A stretch of 64,000 nucleotides of DNA from an uncultured Nitrospiraceae bacterium (GCA_963811165.1 CAWEQH010000009.1:1-64000), one strand, 5' to 3'. Shown: positions 48,870 through 59,842, counted from the first letter of the stretch. Numbers and translations: made by a program. Notes: generated from the letters alone by a model not told the origin.

Positions 48870-49988
48870 TCAATTGTTCTCAGGCCTTGGCGCCATCTGA
48901 AATGCAGGCGCCAGCTTGTTGTCCACAACCACCGACTGGCCGTTTCGGAGCTTAAAGACGCCGGTGCTGACGACCGTCTCGCCTTCCTTAAGCCCGCTAG
49001 TTACGGCGACGAAATCACCGCGTTTTTTCCCGAGGCGTATGAACTGTTGCCTGAGCACCTTTCCTCCCTTTCTGTCTTTGTTCTCTTCGATGATAAAGAC
49101 CGAGTCGCTATAGGGGGCATAGAGGACCGCTGTGGCCGGTATGACCAGCACCGGCTGGCGGACCGGCAACCCTACTGCCACATTGACGAACATCCCGGGC
49201 CGAAGTCTCTCTTGGCGGTTGGCCAGCGTAGCCTCTATTTTGATATTGCGTGTATCGGCATCGACCAGGGGATTGATTGCGGTGATCCGGCCCTCGATCG
49301 TCTCTCCGGGCAGGGCATCGCTCGTCACCCTGACAGGCAGGCCTAGGCGGACCCGCGGTAGCTCCTGCTGGGGCAGACTGAAGTCTACATATATTGGGTC
49401 AAGGGACTGCATGGTGACGATGGGATCTCCCTCGCGAAGCATCTGGCCGAGGTTGACCTGGCGTATCCCGATCCGGCCGCTGAAGGGTGCCCGGATCGTC
49501 TTTTTGGCTATGGTGGCCCGTATGGTTTCGGCTTGGGCAATCGCCTGCTCGTGGTTGGCGACGGCGGTGTCGTAGTCGGCCTGGGAAATCTGCTGCGTCA
49601 GCATCTTCTCGTCTCGTTCCAGGATGGTCTTCGTCAGCTTCACCTGGGCGACGGCGCCGGGAAGTTGGGCCTCTTCAGAGGAAGTGTCCTGACGAAGGAG
49701 GATGTCCCCTTTTTTCACGGAAGTTCCGGCATCGAAGGAGAGCTTGACCACCTTCCCCACCAGCTCGGCGGCTACGGTCACTCCCTGCACGGCGTTCAGA
49801 GTGCCGACCGCGTTTAGGCTGGTCTCCCATGAGTCGGCCTTTACTATTGCAGAGGTCACGGTCTCAGGCGGAGGAACGAACTTCTTGCCCTGATTGATCA
49901 TGGCGCGGATCTGCAGGGCCTTGACAGCACCTAACACAGCGATAAGAATAGCCAGTCCTATGAGGGTGAAGATTATGAGCTTCTTCAC
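48870..49988 (-). CDS. RND periplasmic adaptor (MFP)
   Basis: GKVVKLSFDAGTSVKKGD, IRAPFSGRIG, LRPGMF, SGLKEGE.VV; GTG start overlaps the OMF stop. Confidence 0.93.
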   Translation of the reverse strand: MKKLIIFTLIGLAILIAVLGAVKALQIRAMINQGKKFVPPPETVTSAIVKADSWETSLNAVGTLNAVQGVTVAAELVGKVVKLSFDAGTSVKKGDILLRQDTSSEEAQLPGAVAQVKLTKTILERDEKMLTQQISQADYDTAVANHEQAIAQAETIRATIAKKTIRAPFSGRIGIRQVNLGQMLREGDPIVTMQSLDPIYVDFSLPQQELPRVRLGLPVRVTSDALPGETIEGRITAINPLVDADTRNIKIEATLANRQERLRPGMFVNVAVGLPVRQPVLVIPATAVLYAPYSDSVFIIEENKDRKGGKVLRQQFIRLGKKRGDFVAVTSGLKEGETVVSTGVFKLRNGQSVVVDNKLAPAFQMAPRPENN

Positions 49989-51493
49989 GGTTGGTCTTCT
50001 CTTTTCCACCACCCGCCCCCCATCGCCTGAAACAGCGCCGCCGTGTCTGCAAAGCGGGCCGCCTGCGTCTGAACCAGCCCAAGACGGGTCTGCTGATACT
50101 GGCGTTCTGCATTGAGCAGCGAAAGATAGCTTACCGCCCCGAGCTGAAACTGCTTCTGCGTCAGGTCCAGGGTGTCGGCCGCGGCCGCTTCAGCGTCGGC
50201 CTGTGTCGTGAGCGCCCGTGCGTCCGCTTCCAGGGCGCGCAGCGAATCGGCCACATTTTGGAACGCCATCAAAACGGTTTCTTGATATTGTGACGCTGCC
50301 TGATTGTATAGTTCGACTGCGGCACGGCGCCTGGCGGTAAGCGTCCCGCCATGGAAAACGGGCTGGACCAGCCCTCCGGCGATGCTCCAGAGGGCCGCAC
50401 TGCTTTTCAACAGATCGCGAAGCCTGGAGGACTCCGACCCATAACTTCCGGTCAGCGTGATCTGGGGGTAGAGATTCGCCGTCGCCACGCCGATCTGTGC
50501 GCTCGCAGCATGCAGCAGCGCCTCAGAGGCAAGGATGTCAGGGCGCTGGCGCACCAGCGACGACGACAGGCTCACCGGTAATTCCCCAGGCAGCTGCAAT
50601 CCTTTGAGATCGAACTCAGGCATTGACCCCGCCTCGCCGGGGAAGATGCCCGTAAGCGCCGCCAACTGGTGCCGGGTCTGGGCGAGCTGTCTCTCTAACG
50701 GCGGCAGCGTCGACCGTGTCTGCGCAAGCTGCGTCCGCTCCGCAAGCACGTCAGAGCGCGACGCGCCGCCGAGCTGAAACTGATGTCCGACCAAGTCGAG
50801 CTGTTTCTCCTGTGCCTCCAGTATCTCCTGCGTCGCCCGGATTTGCCCACGAAGCGAGGCCTCCTTCACCGCTGCAGTGACGATATTGGACGTGAGCGTA
50901 AGACGGACACCTTCGAGCTGAAAGCGCTGGTAGTCGATCTGCGCCTGAAGCGCCTCCAGGTCTCGTCTTATGCCGCCGAAGATGTCAAGCATGAACGAGA
51001 CATTCACCGAGGCGTTATAAAGGGTGAAGGGGCTGAAACTGGTGCCGGGCTGTCCAAACGAGGCTCCCGAGATCTTTTCGTGAAGGGCCGAGGCGTTTGC
51101 GTCCACACTCGGCAAGAGTGCGCCGGCTTCTGCTTGCCAGTTCTCCCGCGCCTGGCGCAACGCGGCCTTTGCTGCAGCAAGTGTCGGGCTGTCTGCCAGC
51201 GCCCTGCGGATCAACTGATCCAGTACCTCGGAATGAAACAGCGTCCACCACTGGTCGGGTATCTCTTTCCCGAAGGCAAAGTGTTGGCCCTCGCCTCCGG
51301 TACCCGGCGCTGAAGACGTCTTCTCCGGCAGGGGGACTGTCGTGTACACATCTGTCTTCGGCGCCTCGGGACGGTGAAAATCAGGTCCCACAGAACATCC
51401 GGTCATTGCGATGGCGACGATCAGTAAGACGGTAAACCCGAAATGCGGAAGAAGGTTTGCCGCCTCCTCTCTATCCTTTGGTCTTTCTCTCAT
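49985..51493 (-). CDS. RND outer-membrane factor lipoprotein (NodT/OprM family)
   Basis: Lipobox MTGC-SVGPDF, WWTLF, RQRPDI..SEA.LHAA.A.IGVA.ANLYP, LFQAMGGGW. Confidence 0.93.
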   Translation of the reverse strand: MRERPKDREEAANLLPHFGFTVLLIVAIAMTGCSVGPDFHRPEAPKTDVYTTVPLPEKTSSAPGTGGEGQHFAFGKEIPDQWWTLFHSEVLDQLIRRALADSPTLAAAKAALRQARENWQAEAGALLPSVDANASALHEKISGASFGQPGTSFSPFTLYNASVNVSFMLDIFGGIRRDLEALQAQIDYQRFQLEGVRLTLTSNIVTAAVKEASLRGQIRATQEILEAQEKQLDLVGHQFQLGGASRSDVLAERTQLAQTRSTLPPLERQLAQTRHQLAALTGIFPGEAGSMPEFDLKGLQLPGELPVSLSSSLVRQRPDILASEALLHAASAQIGVATANLYPQITLTGSYGSESSRLRDLLKSSAALWSIAGGLVQPVFHGGTLTARRRAAVELYNQAASQYQETVLMAFQNVADSLRALEADARALTTQADAEAAAADTLDLTQKQFQLGAVSYLSLLNAERQYQQTRLGLVQTQAARFADTAALFQAMGGGWWKREDQP

Positions 51494-51822
51494 CTCAGTC
51501 CGTGCATGAATCCCGTCAGTTTATCGCCTTTCCGATTTAACGAAGTATTTCGCACATTATATCAGGTCTTTAAGAGATGGACTACTGGGTGCGAGATGTG
51601 TGTTGAAGAAGGTTAAAAAAGGGAGCAATGTCGAAAAAGAGAAAGGATGCTTTGATAACTAAACATATTTATTTCTTTTCAGTCCTATGACCCCCATAAT
51701 TTTATCTTTTCAACCCAATGATGGGTTGCTAATCCGCGCAACATGTTTTAGGTTAGGGCAAGAGTTCAGTAAGGTGCTTTAAAGGGCAGTAGCGGAGCCC
51801 GATGAGAAAGGTGGTGTGAATA

Positions 51823-52194
51823 ATGTCGGGAAAAAAGAGCATAGAAAAGAAGGTGAACCGTCTCGCCGTATTTTTCATGATGTTTGTTGCGGCGCTTTTT
51901 GTGATCTCCATGGCAAGCTCGGCCAGTGCCTATCCTTTCACCCTGCAGGGTAAGGTCGTGTCGATCGACAGCAACAGCAAGAAACTCACTCTGCAAGAGG
52001 ACCAGTGCGGTATGAGCGGACGGTATGGAATCACATGGGATAACAATGCGACAGTGATGAGAGGGAATGATTTTGTGTCCTTTAACGACATCAGGGCAGG
52101 AGATGACGTAATAGTCACCTATTACGAAAAAAGCCCGGGCGAGTATGTTGCTGAAGACATTACTATTCCCACTATGGTGTCACCACATTGCTGA
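51823..52194 (+). CDS. Exported single-domain OB-fold-like protein, homologous to the repeats in 3544-4512
   Basis: Signal peptide, FTLQGKVVSID...DIRAGDDVIVTYYE..G.YVAEDI. Confidence 0.75.
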   Translation: MSGKKSIEKKVNRLAVFFMMFVAALFVISMASSASAYPFTLQGKVVSIDSNSKKLTLQEDQCGMSGRYGITWDNNATVMRGNDFVSFNDIRAGDDVIVTYYEKSPGEYVAEDITIPTMVSPHC

Positions 52195-52296
52195 TTGGTA
52201 AAAAAAGAGCCGGTAAGCGCCGGGATCGTTCGGCGCTTTCTTTTTTTACCCTAAAGTAAGGAAGCACAAATGCGAAAACAGAAAGGAGAAAAGGGC

Positions 52297-52764
52297 ATGA
52301 GAAAAACAATGCGTATGATTATCTTTCTCTTGGTCATTGGTCTTGCTACCGCCGGCATTGCAGCGGAAAAGAGTTTCAAGGCGGCGCTTTCCGGCAGTGA
52401 GGTCGTTCCCTCGGTGAAGACCATGGCAAAGGGTGAAGCGACCTTTACACCCGGAAAAGACGGCAAAGAGCTTATGTACAAGGTGACGGTCTCAGATATC
52501 GAAAATGTCACCGCCGTGCATATACATATGGGAAAGATGGGAAAGAACGGTCCGCCGGTGGCACTTATTGATATAAAGGGGAAAAAGGCCGGCAAATTCA
52601 GCGGCACCCTTTCGGAAGGCAAGGTTACCGCAAAGGAGCTGCTTGGCCCACTAAAGGGCAAGACAGTCAAGGACCTCACTAAGGAGATCGAAGCGGGAAA
52701 TACCTATCTCAATGTGCACACCGACAAGTATCCGGACGGAGAACTGCGAGGGCAGATTAAATAG
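52297..52764 (+). CDS. CHRD-domain exported protein
   Basis: FKAALSGSEVVP, AVHIH.G..GKNGP, YLNVHT.KYPDGELRGQI. Confidence 0.92.
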   Translation: MRKTMRMIIFLLVIGLATAGIAAEKSFKAALSGSEVVPSVKTMAKGEATFTPGKDGKELMYKVTVSDIENVTAVHIHMGKMGKNGPPVALIDIKGKKAGKFSGTLSEGKVTAKELLGPLKGKTVKDLTKEIEAGNTYLNVHTDKYPDGELRGQIK

Positions 52765-52792
52765 TGGCCGGATGGGGAACGGGATGTTTCCT

Positions 52793-52869
52793 GTAGGGGC
52801 AACCCCCGTGGTTGCCTTTTTTAATGCGGCTCTGCCTACCGGAAGGGCGGCCGGGGAGGCCGCCCCTAC
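52793..52869. repeat. GTAG-type REP doublet (REPIN-like)
   Basis: gtaggggcaacc..ggttgcc ... gggcggcc..ggccgcccctac. Confidence 0.7.
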
Positions 52870-52920
52870 AAGTAAGGATTACCCGTCCTCCCGATACCGC
52901 TTCTGGTATACTATCTGACG

Positions 52921-53424
52921 ATGATGAAAGAAGAGGGCCCGATCGAGAGAAAGAATTCTGTGTCCTCCGGCTCTCTCATTCCGGCACTTCTTAAAAATGT
53001 CGCTACCCTTGGTTTTATCGGGTACCTGCCCGTTGCGCCCGGCACATGGGGTACCGGGGCAGGGCTCATTTTCGTTGTGCTGCTGCCGATGTCTTCCTTT
53101 GCACTGCTGGGGATAGTGGTTACCGTAATCATGATAGGCACTATTGCAGCCGGCACCGCCGAAAGGTTGATCGGCGAGGCCGATAGCGGCCATATCATTA
53201 TCGACGAGTTTGCCGGGTTTCTCGTCTCGATCATTTTCATTCCCCCCACATACCGCTATCTGGCTTCAGCCTTCCTTTTGTTCCGTTTTTTCGATATACT
53301 AAAGCCATTCCCCATAAGGAGACTGGAAAGGACGATAAAAGGCGGCGCCGGCATTATGGCCGATGATATTTTGGCAGGTATTTTCACGAACGTGGTCCTA
53401 CAGATATGGAAAATGAATTTCTGA
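52921..53424 (+). CDS. pgpA: Phosphatidylglycerophosphatase A
   Basis: APGTWGT, D..IIIDEFAG, FRFFDILKPFPI, GGAGIMADD. Confidence 0.95.
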   Translation: MMKEEGPIERKNSVSSGSLIPALLKNVATLGFIGYLPVAPGTWGTGAGLIFVVLLPMSSFALLGIVVTVIMIGTIAAGTAERLIGEADSGHIIIDEFAGFLVSIIFIPPTYRYLASAFLLFRFFDILKPFPIRRLERTIKGGAGIMADDILAGIFTNVVLQIWKMNF

Positions 53425-53894
53425 CCGTCATCAAGGTGATTGCCGACAGGCTGACCGGAAAAGACCTGAAGCTGGGCGTTGCCGAGTCCTGCACCGGCGG
53501 GCTTATTGCACACGAGATCACGAACCTTCCCGGGGCGTCAAAATTTTTCGAGATGTCTGTCGTGAGCTACTCTGAAAAATCCAAAAAAACTGTGCTCGGG
53601 TTAAGTGGGTCTTTGTTGAGAAAACACGGCACAGTAAGCGAAGAAGCGGCAGTTGCCATGGCCGAAGGTGTCAGGAAACTCTCAGGCGCGGACGTTTCTC
53701 TTTCGATCACGGGTGTGGCTGGGCCCGAGCCTCTTGAGGACAAAGACATCGGCCTCGTATATATGGCGGTCTCTCTGAAGGACATGACGGAATCGAAGGG
53801 GTTGAGCCTGCACGGCGACAGGGAGACGATCAAGAGAGACGCTTCACTGGAGGCGCTCATGTTTTTGAACCAGGTCCTGCGTTTATGGCTTTAA
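53406..53894 (+). CDS. cinA: CinA C-terminal / PncC NMN deamidase
   Basis: AESCTGGL, PGAS, VSYS..K, HGTVSEE.A.AMAEG, ITGVAGP. Confidence 0.9.
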   Translation: MENEFLTVIKVIADRLTGKDLKLGVAESCTGGLIAHEITNLPGASKFFEMSVVSYSEKSKKTVLGLSGSLLRKHGTVSEEAAVAMAEGVRKLSGADVSLSITGVAGPEPLEDKDIGLVYMAVSLKDMTESKGLSLHGDRETIKRDASLEALMFLNQVLRLWL

Positions 53895-54460
53895 GATGTT
53901 TTATCGCGGTGGCCCTGCCCGGACCGCTGAAGAGGGCTGTCGGGGAGGTCATATTAAAGCTCAAAGAATCCGGGGCCGACATCAAGTGGGTGCCTTATGA
54001 AAACCTCCACCTTACGCTCAAATTTCTAGGTGCTACCGGGGAGGAGCTCATAGATGAGATAAAGGGTGCGCTCAATAAAAAATTGTCCCATTACGCCCCT
54101 TTTTATATTAAAATAGGCGGCGTCGGGTATTTTCCCGGAGGAAGAACCCCGCGCGTAATATGGGTGGGAATCGAAGAACCGGGGTCCCTTGCGGACATCT
54201 GCGCGGATGTTGAGAATGTGATGGTGAAATTTGGTTATCCTCGGGAGGAGAGGCCATTTTCACCCCATCTGACGATCGGAAGGGTACGGTCTCCAAAGAG
54301 GGTCGCAGAGGTGACCAGGAGACTCGAGGGATTCCGCACCGTCGCTTTTGATGAATTCATGGTAAAGGAAGTGACTTTGATGAAGAGCGAACTTAAACCC
54401 GGCGGGGCGGAATATTCCGGCCTTGCCGAAATATCTTTGGAGGGGAAAAATGACGATTAA
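53885..54460 (+). CDS. thpR: RNA 2',3'-cyclic phosphodiesterase
   Basis: Two HxT motifs: [10 protein letters not shown] and FSPHLTIGR. Confidence 0.92.
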   Translation: MALRCFIAVALPGPLKRAVGEVILKLKESGADIKWVPYENLHLTLKFLGATGEELIDEIKGALNKKLSHYAPFYIKIGGVGYFPGGRTPRVIWVGIEEPGSLADICADVENVMVKFGYPREERPFSPHLTIGRVRSPKRVAEVTRRLEGFRTVAFDEFMVKEVTLMKSELKPGGAEYSGLAEISLEGKNDD

Positions 54461-55473
54461 GGAGACCAGTAAAGAGATGAATAAGGACAAGCTTAAGGCC
54501 CTCGAGATGGCGATTTCACAGATCGAGAAGAATTTCGGGAAGGGGTCGATCATGCGGCTCGGGGAAGATGGTGTGGTGGAAGGTGTGCAGTCTATCCCGA
54601 CCGGCTCGCTCACGCTCGATATCGCAACGGGGATAGGGGGTCTTCCCAGGGGCCGGGTTGTAGAGATCTACGGACCGGAGTCTTCAGGGAAAACAACGCT
54701 TGCGCTGAATGCGATAGCACAGGCGCAGAACGCCGGCGGGGCAGCCGCATTTATCGACGCCGAGCATGCGCTTGACGTGAATTATGCGAAGAGGATTGGG
54801 GTGAAGATCGAAGACCTCCTGGTCTCGCAGCCCGATACCGGTGAACAGGCGCTCGAAGTGGCCGAAGCGCTTGTCCGAAGCGGGGCACTCGATATTATCG
54901 TGATCGACTCGGTCGCCGCGCTTGTACCCAAGGCGGAGATCGAGGGAGACATGGGAGATTCCCTTCCGGGCCTGCAGGCCAGACTCATGAGCCAGGCGCT
55001 CAGGAAGTTGACTGCCTCGATCTCAAAGTCGAACACGACGGTGGTCTTCATCAATCAGATAAGGATGAAGATAGGGGTAATGTTCGGAAGTCCGGAGACG
55101 ACGACCGGCGGAAACGCGCTCAAATTTTACGCCTCGATGAGGCTCGATATCAGAAGGATCGAAAACATCAAGGACAACCAGGAGATCATAGGCGGCAGGG
55201 TCAGGGTCAAGGTCGTCAAAAACAAGATGGCCCCGCCCGTTTCGGCAGGCCGAATTCGACATACTTTTCAATCTCGGTGTTTCGAGGGAGGGTGAGATCG
55301 TCGACCTCGGCGTCGAGAAAGGGATCATCGAGAAGGCAGGCGCCTGGTACAGTTACGGCGGCAACAGGATCGGCCAGGGCAGGGAGAACGTGAAAGAGTA
55401 TCTGAGGAACAATGTCCCTGTTGCCAAAGAAATAGAGGAGAAGATCACCGAGGCAGCGAATCTCAAGAAATGA
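54450..55473 (+). CDS. recA: Recombinase RecA (one extra base near 55235; true end 55473)
   Basis: [30 protein letters not shown]. The shifted frame continues [21 protein letters not shown]...IGQGRENVK. Confidence 0.97.
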
Positions 55474-55489
55474 CCTCAAGGAGACAGGT

Positions 55490-56632
55490 ATGGATATCAA
55501 CGAGCTTTTAAAATCGGCCCATTCGATGGGGGCTTCGGATGTACACCTGAAGGTGGGGTCCCAGCCTATCGTCAGGGTCAACGGTCAGCTTGGTCCCATA
55601 CCGGGAAACAGACTCAGCCAGGAAGAGACGCTGAAAATAGCTTTTTCCGTAATGAGCCCCGGGCAGAGGGAGACATTCAAGAAGAAAAACGACATCGACC
55701 TTGCCTACAGCGTGCCGGGACTCGGACGTTTCAGATGCAATATATTCATCCAGAGAGGGACGATAGGTCTCGTGTTCAGGGTAATCCCGATGAGAATCCC
55801 CACCATAGAGGAACTGCTGCTGCCGGAGATCATCAAAAAGATCTCCATGGAGCCGCGCGGACTCATCCTTGTTACGGGCACCACCGGAAGCGGCAAGTCC
55901 ACTACCCTGGCCGCGATGATAGACAATATAAACAGCACCAGGACCGACCATATCATGACGATCGAGGACCCGATCGAGTATCTTCACAGGGACAAGAGGT
56001 CCATCGTAAACCAGCGGGAGGTCGGCAACGATACCGAATCCTTCAGCAAGGCGCTGAGGGCCGCCCTCAGACAAGACCCTGACGTAATCCTCGTCGGGGA
56101 GATGAGAGATTTTGAGACGATCCAGACCGCCCTTACCGCTGCCGAGACGGGACATCTCGTCCTGAGCACGCTGCATACGATCGATTCGACCGAGACAGTC
56201 AACAGAATAATCTCTGTTTTTCCGCCCTACCAGCATAAGCAGGTAAGGATGCAGCTTGCCTCGGTCCTGAAAAGCATTATCTCGATGAGGCTGGTCCCGA
56301 AAGAAGACGGCAAGGGGAGGGTACCTGCGGTGGAGGTCCTTATCGCGACCGCGATGATAAAAGACTGTATACTCGATCCTGACAAGACCAAGATGATACC
56401 GGACGTGATCGCCCAGGGCACGGTCCATTACGGCATGCAGACCTTCGACCAGTCGCTCTTTAGCCTTTTCAAATCGGGGTTAATCTCCTATGAAGAGGCC
56501 CTCAGAAGGGCCACCAACCCTGATGATTTTGCGCTGAAGGTCAAAGGCATACAGTCCACGAGCGACCTGGCCTATGACGACTCGCCCCGACCTGACAAGG
56601 AAGAAATGAAGATTGACAGATTCGCGCAGTGA
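55490..56632 (+). CDS. pilT: Type IV pilus retraction ATPase PilT family
   Basis: ASDVHL, GTTGSGKSTT, TIEDPIE, ALRQDPDVILVGEMRD, AETGHLV.STLHT, GMQTFDQ. Confidence 0.93.
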   Translation: MDINELLKSAHSMGASDVHLKVGSQPIVRVNGQLGPIPGNRLSQEETLKIAFSVMSPGQRETFKKKNDIDLAYSVPGLGRFRCNIFIQRGTIGLVFRVIPMRIPTIEELLLPEIIKKISMEPRGLILVTGTTGSGKSTTLAAMIDNINSTRTDHIMTIEDPIEYLHRDKRSIVNQREVGNDTESFSKALRAALRQDPDVILVGEMRDFETIQTALTAAETGHLVLSTLHTIDSTETVNRIISVFPPYQHKQVRMQLASVLKSIISMRLVPKEDGKGRVPAVEVLIATAMIKDCILDPDKTKMIPDVIAQGTVHYGMQTFDQSLFSLFKSGLISYEEALRRATNPDDFALKVKGIQSTSDLAYDDSPRPDKEEMKIDRFAQ

Positions 56633-57089
56633 TGTCAGAAGACATGCCTTTCGATTGCTCGGCTACCGGGGAAGAAGTGAAAAAGAATTAAGGGAGCGGC
56701 TTGTCAGAAAAGGTTTTTCGGAATCTGCGGTTTCAAAGACGCTTCTGTACCTGAAAGAGGCCGGATTTATCAATGACGCGGCCCTCGCAGAGGACCTTAA
56801 GAGACAGGCCCTCGGGCAGAAAAAGCTCGGTTACAGTGCGACCCGGTCTTTTATGCAAAAGAGGGGTCTCCCAAGGGACCTTGTAGAATCGACTTTGGGA
56901 TATGATGAAGAGGTCGAACTCGGTAACGCCCGGAACCTCCTGGAAAAGAAACTCAAGTCCGCGGGAAATTATCTCACGGTGAAGGAAAAAAAGAGACTTT
57001 AGGATTATCTGTCGCGAAGGGGCTTTTCGTCTTCCGTTATAAGTAAGGTGTTCAGAGACTTCGAATCAGACGAGAGAGAGGAAGGATGA
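56613..57089 (+). CDS. recX: Regulatory protein RecX with an in-frame TAG at 57000-57002
   Basis: LL.YR.RSEKELRERL..KGF, GFINDA. The same frame continues past the TAG as DYLSRRGFSSSVI...*. Confidence 0.85.
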
Positions 57090-57159
57090 AAAAGGTGTGT
57101 AATCGGTTGTTCCTTAAGGAAGATATAGGGGTGAATGAAGCGGGTGCAAGGAGAAGGCC

Positions 57160-59796
57160 GTGAAGGGCTCGGAGATAAGAAGAACGTTTCTTGAGTTTTT
57201 CAGATCGAAGGGACATACGGTCGTCCCGAGCTCGTCGCTCATCCCCGGCGACGACCCGACGCTTCTTTTTACGAACGCGGGCATGGTGCAGTTCAAGTCC
57301 GTTTTTTTAGGACAGGAGCGGAGACAATATAGCCGGGCCACCACGAGTCAAAAGTGCATGAGGGCGGGGGGGAAGCACAACGACCTCGAAAACGTCGGGC
57401 ATACGGCGCGACACCATACCTTCTTTGAGATGCTCGGGAATTTTTCGTTCGGGGACTACTTTAAGCGTGATGCCATCATCTTCGCCTGGGAACTCCTGAC
57501 AGAAAATTTCAACCTGCCGAAGGAGCGACTTTGGGCGACGGTCTACGAGGATGACGACGAGGCGGCCGGGCTATGGACGGAGCTCACAGAGATACCCGCG
57601 GCACGAGTGGTAAGACTCGGGGCGAAGGACAATTTCTGGCAGATGGGCGATACCGGTCCGTGCGGGCCCTGCTCAGAGATCATCATCGATCAGGGCGCCG
57701 AGATCGGGTGCGGGAAGCCGGACTGTACCGTAGGATGTGAGTGCGACCGTTATCTGGAGATTTGGAACCTTGTGTTCATGCAGTTCGACAGAGACAAGGC
57801 CGGGAGCCTCAATCCGCTTCCGAAACCGAGCATAGATACGGGCATGGGGCTTGAACGACTGGCCGCTGTGTTACAGGGCAAACATAATAATTTCGACTCC
57901 GATCTTTTTGTCCCGATCATCAGGGACATTTGCCGTTTCTCGAACAAGACGTACGGCAAAGACCGCGCGACCGATACTGCGATAAGGGTGATTGCGGACC
58001 ATATCAGGGCCATAACCTTTTTGCTCTCGGAGGGGTTGACCCCGTCCAACGAAGGCAGGGGTTACGTGCTCAGGAGGATCATACGCCGCGCCGCGCGCTA
58101 TGCAAAGTCCCTCGATATCGGCGTTCCTGTCCTTCACACGTTATGCGGTTCCGTGGCAGAGGCGATGTCCGATGCCTATCCCGAACTCGCCGATGAGCAG
58201 GCGAGGGTAGAGCAGATGCTTCGGATGGAGGAGGAAAGGTTCGACAAGACACTCGAACAGGGTCTTTCTCTTTTAAACAGCATCATCAGAGACGTAAAGG
58301 AAAATGGGGCCGATACCATAGGAGGGGATGATCTCTTCAGGCTCTATGACACGTACGGATTTCCGCTCGATATCGCAAGGGACATTGCGGCGGAGCATGG
58401 ACTTAAGATCGATGAGTCCGGGTTCCACAGCGAGATGCAGAAGCAAAAGACCAAGGCGCGTGCGTCGTGGACCCAAGAGGAGGCCGCATCAGCGCCCGTT
58501 TACCGGGAGCTGCTTGCGAAGTACAGAAAGACCGAATTTAGCGGGTATGAGTCCATAGAGTCGGAAGCAACGGTGCTTGCGCTCATCTCAAACGGCGAAT
58601 CGGTCGGTGAGTTGGCGGCGGGACAACAGGGGGAAGTCCTTCTGGACGTAACGCCCTTCTACGCCGAATCGGGCGGTCAGGTCGGAGACACCGGCGAGCT
58701 TTCGTCCGACTCGGTAAAGGCTGTCGTGCTCGACACGAAAAAACCGGTTGAAGGAATATCGGTGCATAAGGTCGAGATCAAAAAAGGGGCGTTAAAGACA
58801 GGCTCGAAAATACGGTGCTCGGTCGACGTCCAAAAAAGGCTTGCCACCATGAGAAACCATACGGCGACACACCTTATTCATGCATCGCTTCGAAACCTCC
58901 TCGGCGAACACGTCAAACAGGCCGGCTCTTACGTATCGCCTGAGAGTCTCCGGTTCGATTTCAACCATTTCTATGCCCTCGACAAAAATACGATAGAGGC
59001 CCTGGAAGACGAAGTAAACGAGCAGATACTTAAGAACATCAAAGTAGAGACCACGGTGATGGATACGGCGAAGGCCATGGAATCGGGTGTTACCGCGCTT
59101 TTCGGGGAAAAGTACGGCGACAAGGTGCGGGTTGTGACCGTCCGGGGAATATCTGCCGAGCTCTGCGGAGGCACGCATGTCAGCGCCACTGGTGACATCG
59201 GTCTTCTTAAGATACTTGCCGAAGGGAGTGTCGCGTCGGGCATAAGAAGAATTGAAGCGGTGACAGGCAAGGAGGCAGTCCGTTATTTCAGGGGCAGGGA
59301 AAAAGAGCTTGGCCAGGTAACCGAGGTCCTCAAGACCTCTGAAAACCCGTCTGAGAGGGTCAGGAAACTCGTTACGGAAATGAAGGAACTCGAGAAGGAG
59401 CTTGAGAAGTTCAAAGGCAGGTCTGCTGCAGAGAGATCTTCGGAGATACTCGCAAAGGCGCGTGAGGCCGGCGGGGTGAAGGTGGTTGCCTGCAGGGTCG
59501 ACGGCATGGAGACGAAAGACTTGAGGGTCCTGGCCGACAACGTCAGGGAAGGTCTCGGCTCGGGCATCCTGATGCTGGCGTCGGTGAAGGACGACCAGGC
59601 GGCAATGGTCGCGATGGTAACGAAGGACCTGGTCGAAAGGTTCAGTGCGGGGGACCTCCTCAAGAAGGTGGCTGCTGCTGCAGGAGGCAGGGGAGGCGGC
59701 AAGCCCGACATCGCACAGGGCGGTACGAAGGAGATCAAAAAGCTGGACAAGGCCCTCGAATCATTATACGATATAGTTAAGAAAGAGGCGGGCTGA
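57160..59796 (+). CDS. alaS: Alanine--tRNA ligase
   Basis: DPTLLFTNAGMVQFK, HHTFFEMLGNFSFGDYFK, DTGMGLER, NHTATH, ELCGGTH, GGGKPDIAQGG. Confidence 0.98.
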   Translation: MKGSEIRRTFLEFFRSKGHTVVPSSSLIPGDDPTLLFTNAGMVQFKSVFLGQERRQYSRATTSQKCMRAGGKHNDLENVGHTARHHTFFEMLGNFSFGDYFKRDAIIFAWELLTENFNLPKERLWATVYEDDDEAAGLWTELTEIPAARVVRLGAKDNFWQMGDTGPCGPCSEIIIDQGAEIGCGKPDCTVGCECDRYLEIWNLVFMQFDRDKAGSLNPLPKPSIDTGMGLERLAAVLQGKHNNFDSDLFVPIIRDICRFSNKTYGKDRATDTAIRVIADHIRAITFLLSEGLTPSNEGRGYVLRRIIRRAARYAKSLDIGVPVLHTLCGSVAEAMSDAYPELADEQARVEQMLRMEEERFDKTLEQGLSLLNSIIRDVKENGADTIGGDDLFRLYDTYGFPLDIARDIAAEHGLKIDESGFHSEMQKQKTKARASWTQEEAASAPVYRELLAKYRKTEFSGYESIESEATVLALISNGESVGELAAGQQGEVLLDVTPFYAESGGQVGDTGELSSDSVKAVVLDTKKPVEGISVHKVEIKKGALKTGSKIRCSVDVQKRLATMRNHTATHLIHASLRNLLGEHVKQAGSYVSPESLRFDFNHFYALDKNTIEALEDEVNEQILKNIKVETTVMDTAKAMESGVTALFGEKYGDKVRVVTVRGISAELCGGTHVSATGDIGLLKILAEGSVASGIRRIEAVTGKEAVRYFRGREKELGQVTEVLKTSENPSERVRKLVTEMKELEKELEKFKGRSAAERSSEILAKAREAGGVKVVACRVDGMETKDLRVLADNVREGLGSGILMLASVKDDQAAMVAMVTKDLVERFSAGDLLKKVAAAAGGRGGGKPDIAQGGTKEIKKLDKALESLYDIVKKEAG

Positions 59797-59842
59797 TGCC
59801 CGTCGAAGCGGTTTGAACTACTAATATTGAGGAGGGCTTATT

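Noticed and set aside
55230..55245. Programmed frameshifting in recA or other split genes
   Set aside because: No slippery heptamer or precedent; widespread indels are better explained as sequence errors.
54450..59796. pilT inside the recA-recX-alaS cluster
   Set aside because: To my knowledge a conserved order in Desulfobacterota/Nitrospirota-type genomes, so not novel.
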